The notes beneath the pieces are model-generated. The model saw only the letters and a program-made list of their open reading frames with translations. It had not been told where the DNA came from and did not search any database. A DNA stretch of 63,492 nt, filler included, from Polymyxa betae A26-41 (lineage: Eukaryota > Protista > Endomyxa: Phytomyxea), in assembly GCA_003693705.1 (NCBI GenBank). It is 7 parts of 7 records of this genome, joined end to end, with 100 filler letters (N's around TTAATTAATTAA, not from the genome) between each part and the next. Parts side by side here need not be neighbours in the genome. Positions count along the whole stretch, not along the records: positions 25,432 to 42,434 come from RBZT01000145.1; 6 more parts are not named here. One strand, given 5' to 3'. The position numbers and the translations under genes were made by a program. Below are positions 25,471-36,223 of the stretch, one piece after another. How positions within the stretch are numbered: the stretch's first letter is position 1; every line of letters begins with the position of its first letter.

Positions 25471-27003
25471 TTAGAAAAACGAGCAGAATCGATGCAGGAA
25501 AAAGGAAGGTCGTGGAGCAGGTCGATCTTGATACTCCCGATGATGATATGGAGCATAGCCGACTGGTTGCTGTAATCTTCCAGAGGCCAGTTCCGACTTG
25601 AACGATTTCACAGAGGGAAGATTTAGAGCCACAGCTCCCTCTGTCAAGAATTCGCTGTAATGTTTCAGTATTGACTTCATAACAATCTTCTTATTGTTCT
25701 CCTGGGCGTGTACGACCGAATCGAAGTAACCCCAGAAATCCTGTTCCGTCTGCGACATTCCGAGAACTTCCTCCAGCGTCGTCTTCGTCATCGGGGCCGA
25801 TTCATCCAACGCATCTGAATTTCGAGAGTCAGGCGCGCGCGGGGGCCAGTACGACGACGGCGACGGCCGCGCACTCACCTAGATCGTGCGGGTTCATGGC
25901 GGCGATCAGCAGACAGACCAGGTACAAACCCTTGGTGTAGGGTAGTACTGTCCCTTGGTCACCTTCAACTTCAGCTATCTCGGACTTGATATCAGATATT
26001 TCAGCACAATATGGAGCATGTTCTTCAACCTCCTGCATCCATTCGATTTCTTTTGAATCGTCCGAACAGCTCACGAACGTGATCGGCTGAGTTTCCGGTT
26101 CGGGCCGCTTCAGTACTATCTCCTTGATTCTGTCGATCTGAGAACTCTCATTATGAACACAGTACAATCAGGGAAGAAGAATTGATGTCTTACAGCAGTT
26201 GAACCTCCATTAGGCACTCCATCTCCGAACCAATAGTGTATGACACGCTGGCCACAATACTCTGATAGGATCTCTTCAATTCGGTCTAGCATTGGTGTTC
26301 CATTGTAAGGACCTTCATTAAAATGTTAGATAGATGATATTAGAACAACGACGACTTACCATAAGCGAATTCATTCAAAATTTCCTCTTTAGATCGTTCA
26401 TAAAACTGAGATGGTTTCTCATTCTTATGATGAGCCAGGGTGATGACCTTCTGGCGATTGAAGAAACGGATCATGATCTGGGGTTTCGGGAGATATTGCA
26501 GAATATCCAGCATTACCAGCAATTGATTACAGGCCATCACCCAGCGAGACGGCTTATTTATAACTAAGTTGAAGTTTCTGCCATATGGGCCAAGTGCGTC
26601 CTTGATCTGTTGAGATCGATTGTCGAGCTGCTGGGCGACATCCAGGACATCGTTACTGTCGTCTTTGGCTTTAAATTACATAGATCCGGAGTCATCAATC
26701 AAAAAGCTGAGAGTAGAATATGTCTGAATCTGAAGCAGTTTGTTCAGCATACCAATTGGTACTTCATATTTCTGGAACTTTGGAAAAGCCCTGCTGGATC
26801 AAATCCGGGTTTTCTAGACCAAGGCCTTCAGCCACTTTGGTCGTCGTTAAAGCGTTAACTCCGGACGTGGCCATTTGGTACTGCTTGATATCATCTAAAT
26901 CACTAACAATAGGAAGACGACGTTGTTTGCTCGTAGTAGAAGTAGGTCTCCTATTTGCATTACGAGCAGGCTCGCCATTCGTCTTTGCATTATTCTTTTC
27001 CCT
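25471..27003 (-). pseudogene. von Willebrand factor A (VWA) domain protein with introns, disabled
   Basis: VPIGMLNKLL..FLIDDSGSM* (in-frame TAA), SRW, GTP, YWFGDGVPNGG, TFVSCSDD..EWMQEVEE..DQG..LIAAMNPHDL|DALDES. Frameshift near 26790. Confidence 0.75.
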
Positions 27004-27376
27004 ACAAACAGAGTTAGAATAAAGCACACCCCCAAGTAGCATATGTATGCAACCAAATGATAGCCAGAAATCTGCCCAACATAGTAGAAGAAGGCTAGGT
27101 GTCAACAAATATGCTGGTAACGGCATACAGGCAACACCATTAACATGAGTGCGATGCGCTGATGAGGCGAAGCCGAAACCAGTGAAGAAGGGGACGGGTA
27201 TTTTAGTTTGTCTTCCATCACCGCCTTTTGAATAAATTACAAAAATTATTTTTTCAAAAGGTCCCATAATGTTATTCCCACCAGAATGACTATATTGGTG
27301 ACGGAGACGTACGCAAAAATATATCGGTCTTCTTCGCGCTCGTGTTATTATATCCTAATCGTGAATTATTATCTTC

Positions 27377-27936
27377 ATGTCCGACGTGAACGACATCGAC
27401 CGCGACATCGATATTGGAATGCCACCAACATTCCGTCCCGCCGACAGTTCCGCCACTATGGAGCTTGAAGCACCCGGCCAACTGGGAAACCAGGAAGCCA
27501 GCGTCTCTGACGCGCCTGTCACACCAACATGTGACAGTGCAGCTCTGCCACCCATCGGAGGCACTCTGCGCTTCTTGCAAAACCCATCCCCCCAGATGGG
27601 AAGCATTGCCCGGGGATCCAACTTCCCGACGGCAATCCCTCGCCGAGACGAGCTCGGTCCTATCAAGGAAACGCTGCTCGATCGGGCCGCTCAATATCTT
27701 GCAAAAGGTATCGAACGCGAGGCGATCTTGTTGTGACATCCAACAAAACTATTGCGGAAGCGTTTTGTGATCACGATCCCGTTCACGTCCGCGCTATTCA
27801 ACGTCGATTTCGTGAAATTAACATGTTCGAGTGCGAGCGCACACTCGGTGGCGTTGCCCCTGGACTTCAACGACCGGATTGTCGCTGTTATGTTCATCAT
27901 CCTGAGCTGATCAAATGGAGACATCGTTTCGATTAA
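27377..27936 (+). pseudogene. Internally deleted CRESS-DNA virus Rep remnant
   Basis: 27727-27822 reads LVVTSNKTIAEAF..DPVHVRAIQRRFREIN, matching SF3 helicase motif C plus Arg finger. It abuts an upstream ORF ending QYLAKGIERE that resembles the pre-motif-II Rep segment. Confidence 0.65.
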
Positions 27937-28428
27937 CGATTCCGGACGAGGCGAGTTCACCGTCCAGGTCTTCGACCCCTTCGACGTCCAAAGATGCCTT
28001 CCGCTCAGTACGTACAGGTATGTTGTCCACTGGATGTCAACTTGACGATGTGGTCCACTGGATCTCATATTTATTATAGTGGAAAGCCCTTCGTCAACTA
28101 CTTCAACAGCGTCGATGACGATGAATCCAAACAACGACGACATGCAACGGTGGCTTCTGGAGGATCTGGAGGATTGCCTCCAGGATTTGGAATCGGTGAC
28201 TCAATCGTTGATGCTTCACGATCGGGAGTTAGGGGCTCGCCTGGTTCCGGTTCTGCAGCTGTTGCAAACGACGATCACGTCCTTGCTGCATTACCGGTAT
28301 CCGGATCGTTCGAGCTGACTAGCGGCCCAGGCTCTCTGTTCTCTATGGAGCCGCTCGCTGTAGATTCTGTGTTTTCCTCTGTATTTTTTGATAAACACTA
28401 ATTGGTTTTGACCCATAATTGAAACGGT

Positions 28429-28959
28429 ATGGTTTCAACCAGATCTAGAACTGCTGCGGGCCGTGGACGACACGCCAAACAGCAGTATCTAGAACGTTAT
28501 GGATTCACCAACAATCGCCCTGGGCGTCGTCATAGTGATGCTCCTGTGCTACGTCGTGTTGACCGTCGTCAGAGTGATAGTGGTGTGGCATTACCGCCCT
28601 ACAAACGCCCAGTGATTGTGGACCCCCGGCCTGCTTCAACGGCCGTAGTTCCCATACGATCTCATTTGTCAAGTCGTCGTGTCAGCGGTGTTTACACGTT
28701 AACGATGCCTCTGTCTGCAGCGCGCAAACGTGCCTTGTCGCGTCGTCTTTCCCGTCGAACGGTTCGTTCGAGTTCGCGTGGTGTTTATGGTTACGGCCGG
28801 TTTGCTGGTCAGCCGGTCCAGATGCGAGGGTATGGCGCGTATAACTGGCGTGGTGCTTTGCGTTCGGCAGGTCGTGCCATTCAGACCGTTGGCAAACGGG
28901 TCGTCCCTGCAGGCACATTCGCGCGAATGGGTTCCGGTGCTTCAAAAATTGTTTCGTGA
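28429..28959 (+). pseudogene. CRESS/crucivirus-like capsid N-terminal fragment (endogenous viral element)
   Basis: Arg/Ser-rich arm followed by GYGRF..RGYGAYNWRGALR...VPAGTFARMG. Truncated before the jelly-roll; no introns. Confidence 0.65.
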
Positions 28960-29149
28960 CAAGAATAAATAGAAACATCTCGCTTCTGATGTTCAAGTAA
29001 TCTAGTAATGCCTATTTGGACATGTAAAAAACAAATTCACACACGTTACTGCCTACTGGTGGGAACGAGACGCATTCGGCGTTTTGGGTCGTTTCAAATA
29101 CTGTAAGCCTTCGCTTAAGTCCGCATTCATCTAAGTCCGCATCTCAGTT

Positions 29150-29606
29150 CGCGTGGCTGAGGATGCTGCTGAAGGAGATTGGTTTTGTTATCAAGTTTCC
29201 GAGCATCGTGTTCGAGGATAACGCAGCAGCCAAGCTGACTGCGGAGACCGTTGGTGTGACAGACGCCAACAAACACATTCAAGTGAAATGGCATTTTGTG
29301 CGTCAGTGCGTTCGTGAAGGAATGCTCAAGCTGGTGACTGTGATGAGTCGGGAAAATCCAGCTGACGCAATGATGAAGGCCCCGACTCCTCAATCGTTGA
29401 TGGTGATGATGAAGGCAGCCGGAATGTGCGATGTTGACAAGTTCAGAGTGCGTGACGACCCGCCAGATCAGGGCGGCTGTTCCAAGGATCAGGCGTGACG
29501 TCACACGGCTCTCATGCGTGAGTCGCGTGAGCCGCCTATCACAGCTGATGTCGAGGCCATAATGATCAGTATTGAATACAATTGAAAGTGCCCAAAATAC
29601 TGAACA
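29150..29606 (+). mobile_element. Ty1/Copia 3' end: RNase H plus short 3' LTR
   Basis: WLRMLLKEIG..FEDNAAA..KHIQVKWHFVR..ENPADAM. Candidate LTR TGTTC(29478)...GAACA(29606). Confidence 0.85.
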
Positions 29607-29899
29607 TCACATTCCGTAGAATCAATATTGGATAGAGACTTCAGTTTACTGGAAAACAGAACATAAAGTTGAAAGAATCACATCACTCAACAGAAAGCAT
29701 GAAAGGGCACCGACTCAATGCATAGCAGTAGTTATCAATTACTGATACACTCCATACACTCAATAGTTGATAAAGACTTTAATGACCGCATTCCAGATAC
29801 TCAGCAAAAGAACTGGCGAGATCCTAAACCCTAGGGCTGAACATTTAAATCATGAGCGATGTAACCCTCAGACGATCTAATCGTTTATTGCAGATGATC

Positions 29900-31511
29900 A
29901 GATAATAAGGCTGGTCACACAGATGGTTCATTCGTTGAAGGTAATTCCACATCTAACAGTTAGCAGATAATATTCCCCAAAATCCCGATCGCCGCCAAAG
30001 CAATTCCCCCCTACCATAGCCTGATCCTGGCCATCAGAACTTCGGGGACCGCCACGGGGCAGTACGGCTGGCGATCCTGTTGTTTTGAATCCGCAGAGTC
30101 AGTCCAGACATGGATTGGATTGGATTGCACTATTTGTTCGCACCATTCGGCGGAGTGGGCGGCACAGTTACCCAAGTGCGTGGCCTGAACATACGTCCAG
30201 GTTCTCTTACTTAAATATTTCAGAGATAATTCAGCCTATGTAATAATATCGTAGTTCAGCCCTACAGGGGACTTCGAGATATTGACAGTGAGAGCAGCCA
30301 GCGGTTAGCCCTATCCTATAGGGAGTTGAGCCCTAAACCCTAAAGAGGCTGTAGTTATCCCCTGTTTGTATCCGAGCTTTCTCAACTATCGCGGCTATAT
30401 ATTACAGCCATTCTTCGCTGCTTTTCGTAGCATTTTTGCCGTAAGATTGCTAAGTTTCCATAATGCGTCGTTGAAATCGAGTTTGCGGGCCTGGTTGTAT
30501 TGGCTTCGTATTTGCCTAGTTTCTGTTTTATTTAGGGCCATGGATTAATAGGTGCTCAAGCGTTTCGCTCTCAGTTGAGCAAAAGCGACATGCATGATCA
30601 GATTCAATTCCAATATTTTCAGATGTGATTTGCATCGAGTTTGACCTATACGGGCTCGATTCAGGAACGGTCTGCTGTGTTTAACTGAATGAAAATGGGT
30701 CTGGTTTGCAACACTATCATACCGCATTGGAATGGATTGCGCTCCGGATATCCATTAAACTGACTAGGTAGCGCTTCATCCTTTTTCGTGCATATTTTCG
30801 GAGGTTAATCGACAGGAGCTGAGTATTGGGTCATGTTGTGTTAATATTCCTTCGGTTGTAGCTGTTTTCGCTAATGCATCAATGATATTACTTCCTGGAA
30901 TTGGTGGATTGGTGTGATTCGGCACTCTACTGTATTATTGCGAGCTAATTTGGCGAGATTTTTGCGCAATCCTTTACAGCTGCATTGACATATTGCTGTT
31001 TATAAGGGAGAATAGCAAGTTGCTGTAGACATGACAAGGAATCTGAAAATATATGAATCTGTGGTTCTTCGGACCCAGTATCTTGTATACGTTAGCTATT
31101 CCGTACTGCAGAGCGATTATTTCTGTTTCGTAGCATGATGTAGCTTCAGGGATCTTAATAGTTTCGCTGTAAGTATCCATTTGCCGAGTAACGCTCTGGA
31201 ATCCGCTCATCAAGCGCTGTTTGAACTATGCCGAACGGTGTCCAGTGCTCCCCATAACCGTCCCATTCTGTGTAATCGTTTTCTATTATGTTGCTGCGAA
31301 CGATAGCTGTAACGACTGCCATAGTGGTGTCTGTGATAATTTTGTCCGTTAGAGAAGGGAACTTCGACATAGCGTGTAATGGAGATATTCGTGTGGACTT
31401 TCAGTCCAGAAAGGGCCTGTACGACGTTACTTACAGTGCCCGGATGATTGAGGATTGCATCAGTAGAGTGAGGAGGTCGAAGATCGGGATCAGAACAGAG
31501 ACGGAATTCAT
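29900..31511 (-). pseudogene. Small membrane-protein family copy A, intron interrupted by a LINE
   Basis: 77-nt exon 1 at 31435-31511 (MNSVSVLIPIFDLLTLLMQSSIIRAL). Exon 2 (QQDRQPYCPVAVP..., early stop) lies below 30090. Confidence 0.75.
30109..31400 (-). mobile_element. 5'-truncated non-LTR retrotransposon (RNase H plus CCHC C-terminus)
   Basis: ETEIIALQYG RNase H-like segment, RARIGQTRCKSHL, CRFCSTESETLEHLLIH; (CAATC)n 3' tail; flanking duplication tcagtccaga at 30099-30108 and 31401-31410. Confidence 0.75.
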
Positions 31512-32022
31512 CTGAGCGACAACCTGATCGAAATTGCTGGGAGGCCGTGAGACCGCCAAGGTATTCGTCGTCAGCTCATTGACAGAAGCAGCTCATCTTT
31601 GTCCAAGTTATACAGACCGCATTGGCGCAATTTTGGTGGAACAACTCTTGAGCTCAGAGCAAACTGCGCCGAGTTTTGCCGCTCAAATATTTTCTTCTAT
31701 TTGGGAACCTTTTCACAAAAATTTTTATTGCACAGAACATCAAACATGTGAATGGAATGATGATTTAATCCGAAACTTGTATTGTTTCGTTACCAATTTG
31801 ATTGCTTCTAAAAGTGACTTGCACTGCATACATGTTACTGGATGTTACCACTCAGTAGTTGCTATAGACTTTGTTGATCAAATTCGAGATACACAGCATC
31901 AAAACCAGCGAGATCCTAAACCCTAGGTTGAAATATTTGTATAATGAGCGATGTAACTTTCAGACGATCGAATCGTTTTATACAGATGACGGAGATAGTG
32001 AGGATGGTCACGCCTCTTGTGC

Positions 32023-32347
32023 TCACGGTGAAGGTAAATTGACGTTCATAACCCGACTGGTTCTGCTGCTGTTTCCTACCAATCGGATGATCATAACGAT
32101 CAGAATCACGATCGCCACACAAGCACCCGACCCCGCCACAATAGCGCCGACATTGGTCTTGGACAACAGCACATCGGGGACCGCCACGGGGCAGTACGGC
32201 TGGCAGTCCTGTTGCTTGCATCAGCAGAGTCAGTCCGGACATATCGAGGGCCTGTACGACGTTAACTCCCAGTGCCCGGATGGTTCAGGATTGAATCAGT
32301 TGAGTCAGAAGGACCAAGATCGGGATCAGAACAGAGACGGGATTCAT
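32023..32347 (-). pseudogene. Small membrane-protein family copy B
   Basis: Exon 1 MNPVSVLIPILVLLTQLIQS*TIRAL has a stop and a mutated donor. Exon 2 reads QQDCQPYCPVAVPDVLLSKTNVGAIVAGSGACVAIVILIVMIIRLVG. Confidence 0.75.
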
Positions 32348-33810
32348 CTGAGCGACGACCCGACAGAAACTGGTGGGAAGGCGCGACACCGCCACGGTAT
32401 TCGTCGTCTCGTTTACAGAAGCAGCTCATCCTGGAACCAGCTCATCTTTGTCCTGTTATACTCGTCCAGACCGCACTGGCGCAGATTTTCATGGAACAAC
32501 TTCTGTGCTCACGGCAAACTGCGCCGATTTTTCGCCGCTCCAATATTTTCTTTCTGATTGGGAACTGTTTTTCATGAATGTTTGGTGAACAGATCATGAA
32601 AATATGTGAAATGATGTTTTAATCCGTAAACTGTAGTCAGGTGCTCCTTCATCAACTTAGCGGCTTCAAAGTGACGCACAGCTCAGCATTATTACTTTGT
32701 ATTCTTATTTCTATCATCAATTTACCGTCCAGGATTATCCGGCAACAGAGAACATCTGCTGAAAACGGTTTATCCTGGAAAGTTTGTAGCAAATGCCTAG
32801 AAGGGCATATCAATAGCATAGGAAGAGAGTTTCCTGAAAGCGCAGATCAACACTCTCTGTCGATTCGGCGCGAACACCACTGGGCAGAAGTTCGAACTGA
32901 AAATGCGAGACTGCGCAGAAATATTCTGCGTAAGCCGTTTTAGCATAAAAAAATGATGAGAGAGTGCAAGGGGTCACCTCTGTCATTGTGACAGCTTGTG
33001 AGATATCGACATGCTGATGATTTGCTAATGCGGAAACATCGGCAGAGACTACAACGCTGCCGCAATATGTCAGGTAATGAAGATGGACCGCCAAGAGCTC
33101 CTTGAAAAAAAAAATCAAAATTTTGACCATTTGGAGGATAAGCTGTTGTCCATTCCTGATGATGAGCAAATCATGCCAAACGATTCTCAGGAATAGCGAA
33201 AATGATTGACAAAATTATATCGCCAATTTTGAAGGGCAGTCCTAAAGCTGTCGTACTAATAGCCCATAACAGAGTCGCCGCTCGTGTATTCAAGGACACA
33301 GAGGTCACGGCAGCTATTGCAGATGCGCTGGAGGCCGCCAGAGAAGTGGCGATGGCAGCAAGGCAGAAAGGACAGCCGCCGCCTTGTCCATGTACAGCCA
33401 ATAAAATCCAGAAATATCCGTTAATTTACAGCCAGGAGGCGGCAGGAACACCATCTCTCCAGTCAAACTAAAAACGTCGTCGCATTTTTTTCCTCTTGAA
33501 ACAGGTTAATGCAAAGAGGCATAAATCGTCAAGTCATAAAAGTACGAATCTGGAGAGTGACCTCCTCCCGCACTCTGTTGGAGTCTCAGTTTCTGTTTAC
33601 GCAGTTTGGTAGAAAGGGTGAACATGAGAAAGTGCGCAGTCAGCAGCGGATACATTAAATAAAGCATGCGGATGCCCACAGCCCACACAGAGGTGGCTGC
33701 GTCGATGGTGAGCTACCACACAGAGATGTAGACAAACATCTCATCCCAACGCACTCCGAAGGGCCGTTTCGGACATTTCACGTCTACCTCTCTGTCATTC
33801 CGATCTCAGC

Positions 33811-34293
33811 TTGGATCCGACCCCAGCTCTGTCTCTGCTTGTCTCTATCATCGCTCTTCTGATGCATTCCGCCCCGGTCCCCGCCCTGTACGTCGAGTCG
33901 TACTGATCCTCACGTTATTATTGATATGCTGACAGGGGACGTTTCCTGCAGCAGGTCGGTATGAATCCATCCTGCCAATTCCCGTGTAATATGGCGAATC
34001 TGCCCTCTCCTATGGGCTGGTACATCCCTCCACCAGCTCCACAGAACTCAGTTTCTAATCTTCCGATCCTGCCAGTATTGCTATATGGCGGTGCTGGAAT
34101 TATCGTTGTAGCGGTTGTCGCCATATGTCTTTACAAGACCTGTCAGACTAAGAAACCCGATCCAGCACCTCCCGCTAAAGCAGATTCCGATGACGAAATG
34201 GGCTGCGATTCCTCCTGTAAGCACAGCCCTCTTCGTAAAGATAACGTCAATCCTTGTGGTCATCACAAGAGTCATAAAAAAGGTCGTCGCTAA
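33811..34293 (+). CDS. Small membrane-protein family copy C (start codon is TTG)
   Basis: Exon 1 33811-33887, intron 33888-33935. Exon 2 GRFLQQVGMNPSCQFPC, Pro-rich, TM (ILPVLLYGGAGIIVVAVVAICLY), basic/Cys tail. No in-frame upstream ATG, so possibly disabled. Confidence 0.7.
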
Positions 34294-34869
34294 TACGCAA
34301 CCTAATCGGACTCGGAACTTTCTCTCAATACACCAAATATGAACAGATTTTAATTCACGATATATGATGAAGTAGAGTGATGATATCCGTAATCTGAAGG
34401 ATGTTTGTTGCTGGTACGACCGCACCACACCCATGATTATGTGGGAGGGTCCGCCCCGTCAAACATGATAACGCCACCTGACCGAAGATTTACACTTGTA
34501 AGATCTCCTGTCCATAATAAACCTCACTCTTTTTAACACATCACGACTGCACCGCCTCAAGTAGCAACATATCAGAATCTGGGTCGTCAAAGACAAAGTG
34601 TCCGTCAGATTTTGTGAGTGATCAATGAGGCGACTGCGTTTAAAGTTCGTGGTGAAGCTCAGATTCTGCCATCCTGGTCACAGAAAACGTCTCGTATCAA
34701 ATCGATATAGTTTTCTGGTCTCTAAGAATTTTCTGCATTTGAAGACAGATTTTCTGCGTGACTCATCCGCAGCTCATCCGCCTTCTATGTAACACCTTCT
34801 GAGTCCCGGACCTTCTCACGCACCTCCGTTCACCATTTCATAACACATCTCAGCTCGATTCCATCAACT

Positions 34870-35264
34870 ATGGATTCCACCCCGGTTCTGTCCTTGATCC
34901 TGGCCGTACTGGCTCTGCTGATGCAATCCAGCTCCATGCCCGCTCTGTACGTATCGCGGCCGTACTGTCCCCCCGCCCACTGACCTGATGTTACAGTGGA
35001 CGGATGTTACAGCAGCAGATGCCTCAACCGGATCAGTTCAACCCTTTTCCCGGTAACAGCTATTATCCCATGACTCCGGATATTCCAGAACGATCCTTAA
35101 TTGAAACTCCAACTGGGAAGATCATCGTGGGAGTTCTCATCGTCGTTGCATGTTGCGTCGTTCTTGGTGGACTCGGTGCTATTTTCTACATCTGGAACAA
35201 GAAATGCCCTGAATGCGAACAAGAATCTGCAAATCCCAAAGAATCAAAGGGCCACAAAAAGTGA
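34870..35264 (+). CDS. Small membrane-protein family copy D
   Basis: MDSTPVLSLILAVLALLMQSSSMPAL, intron 34947-34996, GRMLQQQMPQP...TM (IIVGVLIVVACCVVLGGLGAIFYIW) NKKCPEC. Confidence 0.85.
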
Positions 35265-35819
35265 AATGCATCCACCCTATTCAGGTCAAATACAGAATAT
35301 CGAGTCCTTTATTGTCAAACAATATAGAAGATGAATAGAGTTGTGTTAAACAAGAACGACAGCATCAATCGCTAGAGAACTCTCGCAGGAATTTCCTTTG
35401 ATATGGCGGCGATTTTGATCAGCGAAGATCAAATCCTGTATACAAAGACTGAGACTATGATGATCTGCTCTGCATCTAAATTCATGTAGCGGACTTTCAT
35501 GGCCTGACGATGACGACGAACTAGGTATCGAATATTATGTGAGACAGCAGGCCTGCAATGGATAAAGAGCAGGTTGAGGGTGATCAGTATCACACGAACT
35601 CTCACATTCAATCCATAACGATGTGAGGAGAACGGATGAGCTGTAGGACGCTATTTAGCACCACCACCAAGTGTTACACAATGCGTGAATGAAAACTGCG
35701 ACCTGTGAAGAACCATGTGCGCGACTGGCTCATCCTTTCCCAAGAGCCAGGAGAGTCCGCGGACTCCGTGTACAGGCCTCCTCCAACTCTGGCTCTGTCA
35801 TTCTGATTTCACATCATCA

Positions 35820-36223
35820 ATGGATCCCACCTCTGCTGTCTCCTTGCTGATCTCCATACTGGCCCTCACCATGGATTTCGGATCTGTCCCTGCTCTGTAA
35901 GCTGTGTGATACTGGCCGGTCTCACGGACCTTTGATCTGTCTCTGTTTACAGGGGACGTTTATTACAGCAACTTAATCCTGATGGAACTTGTCCATATCC
36001 GTGTTTTCCACCGCCTATACCGGGTGTCACATTCCATGTTCCACCTTTACCACCTACAAATTGGCCTTCGACAAAAAATACTATGAGTATTAAGGTTGTA
36101 CAAAACGTTCTTGTTGCTATTCTGGTCATAGCTCTAGTGGGCTCTATTGCATTCGTATTATACAAGATACTTACCAACACGAACACTAAAAAGAGTGAAG
36201 GTGATGCTCCAGACAAACACTAA
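35820..36223 (+). CDS. Small membrane-protein family copy E
   Basis: MDPTSAVSLLISILALTMDFGSVPAL, intron 35897-35952, GRLLQQLNPDGTCPYPCFPPPIPG...TM (VLVAILVIALVGSIAFVLY) KILTNTNTKKSEGDAPDKH*. Confidence 0.85.

Noticed and set aside
27260-27300. Intact viral stem-loop origin
   Set aside because: No canonical NANTATTAC in a proper stem; kept only as a weak candidate.
31871-32557. 228-aa plus-strand ORF and Cys-rich ORFs 31916-32242 and 40962-41222
   Set aside because: Antisense or alternative frames of the spliced membrane-protein genes; their ATGs lie inside the introns.
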